NCBI GenBank assembly: GCA_021810705.1
Contig: JAJZID010000001.1
Coordinates: forward strand, 1 to 45,164
From: Actinomycetes bacterium
GTDB taxonomy: Bacteria > Actinomycetota > Thermoleophilia > Solirubrobacterales > Solirubrobacteraceae
Length of the DNA stretch: 45,164 bases
Direction of reading: 5' to 3'
In this document: piece after piece, positions 37,979-45,164 of the stretch
Layout of the letters: each line of letters starts with the position of its first letter
Position numbering within the stretch: the stretch's first letter is position 1
Notes under the pieces: generated by a model
Databases searched by the model: none
Seen by the model: only the letters and a program-made list of their open reading frames with translations
What the model was told of the DNA's origin: nothing
Translations under genes and position numbers: made by a program

Positions 37979-39217
37979 ATGTATGACTGGCTTGAGCGGG
38001 CGGCCGCGCGGCGCCCGGAGACGATCGCGCTTGAGGCGGTGGGCGATCGCACGCTCACCTACGCGCAGCTGCTTACGGCCGCGCGGCGTGCGGCGGCGGC
38101 GCGCAACTCGACATCCGCCAAGCAGGTCGTGTCGCAGGCCAGGGGGGTCGCCCACATCCAGGCAACCGGGGCGCGCTTTGCCATAAGGCTGCATGGCGCG
38201 CTGCTAGCCGGTGTCACGGCCGTCCCGGTGGACGGTCGCCTGTCGGTGGCGGAGCGGCGGCTGCGGCACGTGGCTGAGCCGCCCGGACCAGACGTGGCGA
38301 CAGTGATGTTCACCTCCGGCACCACGGCGGCACCCAAGCCGGTGCACCTGACACTGGCCAACTGGGAGGCCAACGCGATCGGCTCCGCGCTCGCACTCGG
38401 GCTTGATCGCAACGAGCGCTGGCTGTGCGTGATGCCGCTCGCGCACGTCGGCGGCCTCTCGATCCTCTTGCGCTCGACGCTCTACGCCACGACCGTCGTG
38501 CTGCGCGAGCGCTACGACACCGAAGCGGTACTCGCGGAGCTGATGGACCCAAAGCGGGCGATCACGCTCGTGTCGGTGGTGCCGACGATGCTCTCAAGGC
38601 TCCTTGACGCGGGGCTCTCCAACCCGCCGACGTTGCGTTTTGCGCTGCTCGGCGGCGGACCGATACCGCCCAGCCTGGTGGAGCGTGCGACGGCCGCCGG
38701 TGTGCCGGTCGCTCCGACCTACGGCATGACCGAGGGCTGCTCACAGCTTGCGACCTTCGGCTTCGCGCTGCACGGCGTGAACCTGAAGATCGCCGCCGAC
38801 GGCGAGGTACTCGTGCGCGGGGCAAGCATCGCAGCCAACACGCTTTCAGAGGATGGCTGGCTGCACACCGGCGACATCGGCGCGCTTGACGCAAACGGGC
38901 GCCTTCAGATCATCGGACGGCGCTCGGAGACGATCGTCTCGGGCGGTGAGAACGTGGCCCCCGCCGAGGTCGAGGCGGTGCTGCTGGAGCACCCTGCGGT
39001 CGCCGACGCCGGCGTCTTTGCGAAACCCGACCCGGAGTGGGGGGAGCGGGTGGTCGCGGCCGTTGTGTTGCGTCCAGGACAGCAAGCCAGCCCACAGGAG
39101 CTCGAGCGTCACGTCGCTGAGCGCCTGGCGCGCTTCAAGGTCCCCAAGGAGATCGAGTTTCGCCCGAGCCTGCCGCGGACCGTCTCCGGCAAGCTGCTGC
39201 GCCGCCAGCTAGCCTGA
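37979..39217 (+). CDS. menE: o-succinylbenzoate-CoA ligase
   Basis: FTSGTT..PK, HVGGL, SVVPTML, YGMTE, TGD, SGGENV, SGKL. Confidence 0.9.
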   Translation: MYDWLERAAARRPETIALEAVGDRTLTYAQLLTAARRAAAARNSTSAKQVVSQARGVAHIQATGARFAIRLHGALLAGVTAVPVDGRLSVAERRLRHVAEPPGPDVATVMFTSGTTAAPKPVHLTLANWEANAIGSALALGLDRNERWLCVMPLAHVGGLSILLRSTLYATTVVLRERYDTEAVLAELMDPKRAITLVSVVPTMLSRLLDAGLSNPPTLRFALLGGGPIPPSLVERATAAGVPVAPTYGMTEGCSQLATFGFALHGVNLKIAADGEVLVRGASIAANTLSEDGWLHTGDIGALDANGRLQIIGRRSETIVSGGENVAPAEVEAVLLEHPAVADAGVFAKPDPEWGERVVAAVVLRPGQQASPQELERHVAERLARFKVPKEIEFRPSLPRTVSGKLLRRQLA

Positions 39218-39223
39218 GGGCAC

Positions 39224-40075
39224 ATGGACGAGGACCTTGAGGAGCAGCGGGAGCGGCTTCTAGACGGCTGGGAGCGGGTGGCCGGCGGCTGGGGGCGTCA
39301 GGCTGACCACAGCCAGGTTGCGGCGCTGCCGGTGTCCGAGTGGATGCTCGCGCACGCGGCGCCGGCGCCGGGGGAGCGGGCGCTTGAGCTGGCGGCCGGT
39401 CCCGGTGACACAGGCTTCATGGCGGCGAGGATGATCGCCCCGGACGGCGTGCTGGTCTGTAGCGACGCGACCGCGGGCATGCTCGCGGTCGCGCGTGAAC
39501 GTGCTGCCGAGCACGGCTTGAGCAACGTGGAGTTCCGCCAGCTGCAGCTCGAGTGGATCGATCTGCCGGCCGCGAGCGTCGATGTGGCGCTGTGCCGCTG
39601 GGGGGTGATGCTGGTGATTGACCCCGCCGCCGCGCTGCGCGAATGCCGTCGCGTGCTGAAGCCCGGAGGGCGCTTCGCATTGGCGGTCTGGGACCTACCG
39701 CATGAGAACCCCTGGGCGACGCTGATCCAGCGTGTGCTGGTCGATCTCGGTCACGCCGAGCCTGCCCCCCAGGGCGGCCCCGGGATGTTTGCGCTATCGC
39801 ACCCGGGACTGCTCGAGCAGATGCTCGCGGACGCAGGCTTTGTCGAGGTCGAGAGCGATGCGGTGGCGATCGTGCGCCGCTACCGCAACGTGACCGAGTG
39901 GATCGCCGAGACGCTCGATCACTCGGGCCAGTTCGCCGCGGTCTGGCGAACGCTCGACAGCAGCGGTCGTCAGCGGCTGAGCGACCGACTGTCGGAGGTC
40001 GCGGCGGAGTACGCGAGCCCAGAGGGCGAGATCGAACTGCCCGGCAGCTCGTTGGTCGGCTGTGCGCAGGCCTGA
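39224..40075 (+). CDS. Class I SAM-dependent methyltransferase (UbiE-like superfamily)
   Basis: LELAAGPGDTG, RRVLKPGG; 6 nt after menE. Confidence 0.8.
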   Translation: MDEDLEEQRERLLDGWERVAGGWGRQADHSQVAALPVSEWMLAHAAPAPGERALELAAGPGDTGFMAARMIAPDGVLVCSDATAGMLAVARERAAEHGLSNVEFRQLQLEWIDLPAASVDVALCRWGVMLVIDPAAALRECRRVLKPGGRFALAVWDLPHENPWATLIQRVLVDLGHAEPAPQGGPGMFALSHPGLLEQMLADAGFVEVESDAVAIVRRYRNVTEWIAETLDHSGQFAAVWRTLDSSGRQRLSDRLSEVAAEYASPEGEIELPGSSLVGCAQA

Positions 40076-40126
40076 GCTTCCCCGATCCTGCACCGGTGCC
40101 GGGCAATGGCCCCTATGATCGCCCGC

Positions 40127-41602
40127 GTGAGTGCTACAGGCCCCCAGACCGCCGTGCCTGGGGTGTGGTCGGCCTGTTGGCGGAGAGCGCTTACGGTGCT
40201 GGCCGCGGCGTTGGCGCTGCTGGCGCTTTTCAGCGGGCAGGCCCGCGCGGCGACCTTCACGCGAGGCTTCGTCGACGACGTCTGGTTCGACGGCACCCAG
40301 GACGGTGTAGCCACACAGACCTGGCTCGCTCATACGCGCGCTTCCGGCGCAAGGTTCGTGCAGATCGAAGTCGACTGGACCGGTGTCGAACCGGTCGCGC
40401 CCGCACCTGGTGCGAACCCCACCAACCCGGACGCGGCCCAGTTCAGTTTTGCCTCGCTTGACCAGAGGGTGCAGGAGATTGACGGCGCCGGCCTCACGCC
40501 GGTGTTCCTGGTCACGGACGCTCCCGCCTGGGCTGAGGCTCCCGGCGGGAGCCCGACCCTGGAGGCCACCGGCGGCTACAGGCCCAACGCCAAGGCGTTT
40601 GGCGAGCTCGGGCAGGCGCTCGCGACCCGCTACTCGGGCCACTACCCAAACCCGGCGGCCCCGGGGACGATGCTGCCGGCGGTCCATTACATGCAGGCCT
40701 GGGGTGAGGCGAACATGACCAATCACCTCTCGCCGCAGTGGGTCCGCGTACATGGCCGCGCCGTGAACACCGGGGCGGTCATGTACCGCTCGATGCTGAA
40801 CGACTTCTACGCCGGCGTGAAGGCCGGTGACCGCTCCGACGTCGTGCTGATGACCGGCCTCGAGGGCTACGGTGACGCGCCGTTCACTGGCCTTGAGCGC
40901 ACCCACCCTGTCACCTTTCTCGAGAACCTCCTGTGCCTGAGCCCGCAACTCAGGCGGGTCAGATGCGCGGGCGGCGGAGCGCACTTCAACGTGCTCGCCT
41001 CAGACCCATATGAGGCGTTTTCGCCAACAACGCCGGCGGTCTCGCCGCTTGACGCCTCAGCGCCTGACCTCGCCCGGCTGACCAGGGTGCTGAACGCCGG
41101 CCTTGCCGCCCACACCGTGCTTCCGCACACCCACAAGCCCCTGTGGGTGACGGAGTTCAGCTACCAGTCAGACCCGCCGATCCGCGTGTCCGGGACGCCG
41201 TCGCTTGCGACCCAGGCACGCTGGCTCGAGCAGTCCTTCTACGTCTTCTGGCACGAGGGCGTGAGCACCGTGTTCTGGTATCTGCTGCGCGACCAGGCGC
41301 CGCCCTACACGATCAACTACGCCTCCGGCATCTACTACTACAACGGCAAGCCGAAGCCGTCGCTTATCGCCTACCGGTTCCCGCTGGTGGTCTCAGCCGA
41401 TGGCCGTGGCCGCTCCCAGCTGTGGGGGATCGCGCCGGCCTCGGGGACGGTGCGCGTGCAGGTCCAGCGGCACGGCTGGCGCACCGTCGCGACCTTCCAC
41501 CGCCGTGCCGGCGCGGTGTTCTCGCTGGTGAGTGACAAGCTCGCGCGCGGACGCTACCGGGCAATCGATGGCTCACAGAAGAGCCTGGTCTGGGTTTACT
41601 GA
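40127..41602 (+). CDS. Secreted clan-GH-A-like glycoside hydrolase homolog
   Basis: Signal peptide ending QARA; AWGEAN and WVTEFSY at the acid/base and nucleophile positions; TATGAT 7 nt before GTG 40127 (alternative ATG 40106). Confidence 0.65.
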   Translation: MSATGPQTAVPGVWSACWRRALTVLAAALALLALFSGQARAATFTRGFVDDVWFDGTQDGVATQTWLAHTRASGARFVQIEVDWTGVEPVAPAPGANPTNPDAAQFSFASLDQRVQEIDGAGLTPVFLVTDAPAWAEAPGGSPTLEATGGYRPNAKAFGELGQALATRYSGHYPNPAAPGTMLPAVHYMQAWGEANMTNHLSPQWVRVHGRAVNTGAVMYRSMLNDFYAGVKAGDRSDVVLMTGLEGYGDAPFTGLERTHPVTFLENLLCLSPQLRRVRCAGGGAHFNVLASDPYEAFSPTTPAVSPLDASAPDLARLTRVLNAGLAAHTVLPHTHKPLWVTEFSYQSDPPIRVSGTPSLATQARWLEQSFYVFWHEGVSTVFWYLLRDQAPPYTINYASGIYYYNGKPKPSLIAYRFPLVVSADGRGRSQLWGIAPASGTVRVQVQRHGWRTVATFHRRAGAVFSLVSDKLARGRYRAIDGSQKSLVWVY

Positions 41603-41649
41603 GGACGGCGCACGGCCGGCGCGGCGGGTGCTCCGCTAGCCTGCTGGCA

Positions 41650-42642
<993 letters not shown>

Positions 42643-42783
42643 ACGGCGGCGCAGAGGGCCAACCCGGGCGGAGTTGCCGCGGATGTGAGCGGGCCCGGCG
42701 GTACACCCCACGGCGCCGAACTGGGAGGACCATGAGCACGCCGGCGCCGCGCCCAGCCCCGCCGCTTCGCTATGGTTTGAGGC

Positions 42784-44047
<1,264 letters not shown>

Positions 44048-44048
<1 letters not shown>

Positions 44049-45164
44049 TGACCAAGGTCCTTGTTGCAGAGAAGGTCGGCGCCTCCGGCATCGAGCTGCT
44101 CAAAAGCCACTTTGAGGTCGAGCTCGGGTTCGACTGGGATCGCGAGCAGGTCAAGGCGCGCCTGGGCGAGTTTGACGGCATCCTGATCCGCTCGGCGACC
44201 AAGCTGGACGCCGAGCTCCTGGCCGCAGGCACGAGGTTGCGGGTGATCGGCCGGGCCGGGGTGGGGGTTGACAACGTCGACGTGCCCGAGGCTTCAAGGC
44301 GCGGGATCGTGGTCGCCAACGCGCCGCTCTCAAACGTCGTCACCGCCGCCGAACACACCCTGGCGCTGCTCCTGGCGCTCGCCCGCAACGTCCCGCAGGC
44401 CGACGCCTCGCTGAAGGCCGGACGCTGGGACCGCTCCAAGTACTCGGGCGTTGAGCTCTACGAGAAGACACTCGGGATCATCGGCTTCGGCCGCATCGGC
44501 CAGCTGGTCGCCGAGCGCGCCAGGGGCTTTGGCATGAACCTGATCGCCTTTGACCCCGTTGTCAGCGGCGAGCGCTTCCGGGAGCTCGGCGTCACGCGGG
44601 CGCAGACAGCCGAGGAGGTCTACGCCGTCGCTGACTTTTTGACCCTGCACCTGCCAAAGACGCCGGAGACGACCGGCTGGCTGAACGCCGAGGTGCTCGC
44701 CAAGTGCAAGGACGGGGTGCGCGTGCTGAACGTCGCGCGCGGGCCGCTGGTAGTCGACTCAGACCTGCAGGCGGCGCTTGACAGCGGCAAGGTCGCGGGC
44801 GCGGCGCTCGACGTCTTTCAGTCAGAGCCGATCACCGATCACCCGCTGTTTGCCTACCCGAACGTGATCGTCACCCCGCACCTCGGCGCCTCAACCGCAG
44901 AGGCCAACGACCGCGCCGGCTTCCAGGCCGCCGAGCAGATCGTGGCGGCGTTGACCGGCGGCTCGGTCACAACCGCCGTCAACATCCCGGCGATCCCCGA
45001 CGAGGACATCGAGCCGCTGACCCCGTTCCTGCCGCTTGCCCGCGCCCTGGGCAAGATCGCCGCCTCACTCGACGAGGAGGCGGCGGTCGAGACCGTCAAG
45101 GTCGATTTCCTCGGTGGCATCGCCGCACGCGACACCCGCCTTCTGGGCCTCAACGTGCTGATGG
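44048..45164 (+). CDS. serA: D-3-phosphoglycerate dehydrogenase (runs off the window end)
   Basis: ATG overlaps the serC stop (TGATG); manual translation MTKVLVAEK...IRSATK..GRAGVGVDNVD..AAEHT..GFGRIG..LHLP..NVARG..AALDVF..TPHLGAST. Confidence 0.95.

Overview
High-GC actinobacterial DNA; the gene set and style suggest Thermoleophilia/Solirubrobacterales (inference). Left end (1-885): nested mobile-element debris, with an IS3-family element inserted into an IS30-family element that abuts the 3' remnant of a group II intron. About 1-25 kb: a large mixed-orientation surface-glycan locus (ABC exporter, NDP-sugar epimerase, six GT4s, a GT2, two methyltransferases, two divergent AsnB-like amidotransferases with one fused to a GT2, Wzc, a Wzy-like protein, an O-antigen-ligase/TPR protein) plus an ISL3 scar. 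At 22.6-26.6 kb is a divergent four-gene cell-envelope module. In it, a secreted Ig-like protein that ends exactly in '-PVFTG' is followed 1 nt later by an L,D-transpeptidase; this is my best candidate for an undescribed wall-anchoring system. Right half: ilvBN, a menFDHCABE cluster, a methyltransferase, a secreted GH-like protein, ilvC, and a ZMP/ZTP riboswitch in front of serC-serA. Many genes look leaderless, and several divergent pairs share extremely compact bidirectional promoters. All calls come from reading the sequence; no searches were run.
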